The translations under genes and the position numbers were made by a program. The notes beneath the pieces were generated by a model. The model worked only from the letters and a program-made list of their open reading frames with translations, was not told where the DNA came from and ran no database searches. A stretch of DNA of 64,000 nt from Macrostomum lignano (Eukaryota): the NCBI GenBank assembly GCA_002269645.1, contig NIVC01002515.1, positions 101,479-165,478 of the forward strand, read 5' to 3'. Numbering within the stretch: the stretch's first letter is position 1; every line of letters begins with the position of its first letter. Below are positions 63,331 to 64,000 of this stretch, in pieces.

Positions 63331-64000
63331 TGAGAGACTGGCTTTAATGGTTTACGTATCATAAAGAAAATTGTAACCTTAAATCGAAAAAGATGTCGCG
63401 GTTCTCAGCACAGACGTGAATCCAACTTTCTGATTTAGGAAAATTTGGACTCGCAATGTGTGTAATATTTTGCACAGTTGTGTGTGTGTGTGTGTGAATA
63501 TATCAGAAGAAAGCATGCTGTTGTCGCCCAGTGTGGGTACAGTATGCGCAAAAAATCTCAATCAGAAGTCAAACCGAGTGTTATAAAAATATTTATATCA
63601 TTAATAACCGTATTCAGAAAGCTACAAGAAAACACAAGATCTCTTTTCGACGAAATAGAAACATCAGCACACACACATGAATTGCTACTTATATAAGCTA
63701 CTGATAAGTAGTATAGCTATAAAGTAGAATGATTCAATTGGATAAAAAAATTCATAACTTACGCGAACAACATTTACACTTTCGCAGTAGCAAAAGTAAA
63801 GAGAATTAAAAGAAATTGTAGCAGTTAACCGTAACTAAGGCGTCGTACTTCAGTGATAAACGAATCAATTAAAAAGTGTCTTTAAAGACGTGTCTATAAA
63901 GTTTAAGGACGGAATTAAGTTTTGAACGTTTCCATTGTAGCAACAAGAGATTCCTAATCTTGAACTCTTATTTAACATTCACACTACAATAACTGGGAGT

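Overview
Eukaryotic (metazoan) genomic DNA made of GC-rich exons separated by large minisatellite and microsatellite arrays. The architecture suggests a free-living flatworm such as Macrostomum, but that is inference only. Best-supported content: (1) a 9-exon SCAP gene (SREBP cleavage-activating protein) on the minus strand, 33933->20564, about 1225-1234 aa, with all splice phases reconstructed by hand; (2) a single-exon PTB-domain adaptor gene (+, 8654-9466); (3) an intronless GT-A glycosyltransferase resembling CAP59/Cmt1-type and microbial enzymes (-, 47063-48298); (4) an LRR type I membrane protein split by a 1-nt frameshift (+, 60175-62129); (5) mobile elements: a 0.94-kb Penelope-like element with a GIY-YIG ORF, no RT and a 3' hammerhead-like motif between (GA)n tracts, a 3055-bp hAT-type element with perfect TIRs and TSD and nested relics, an 8-bp-TSD MITE, a solo LTR, a Gypsy integrase relic and a tRNA-derived SINE. 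Most unusual observations: two SCAP intronic minisatellites are amplified copies of the exon/intron junction, and one forms about 35 frame-preserving AG-[15 nt]-GTGAGT pseudo-microexon cassettes; the Penelope-like element has an apparently permuted domain order; and two inverted, in-register 23-bp satellite arms bracket the PTB gene. Most long ORFs in the supplied track are artefacts of repeats.
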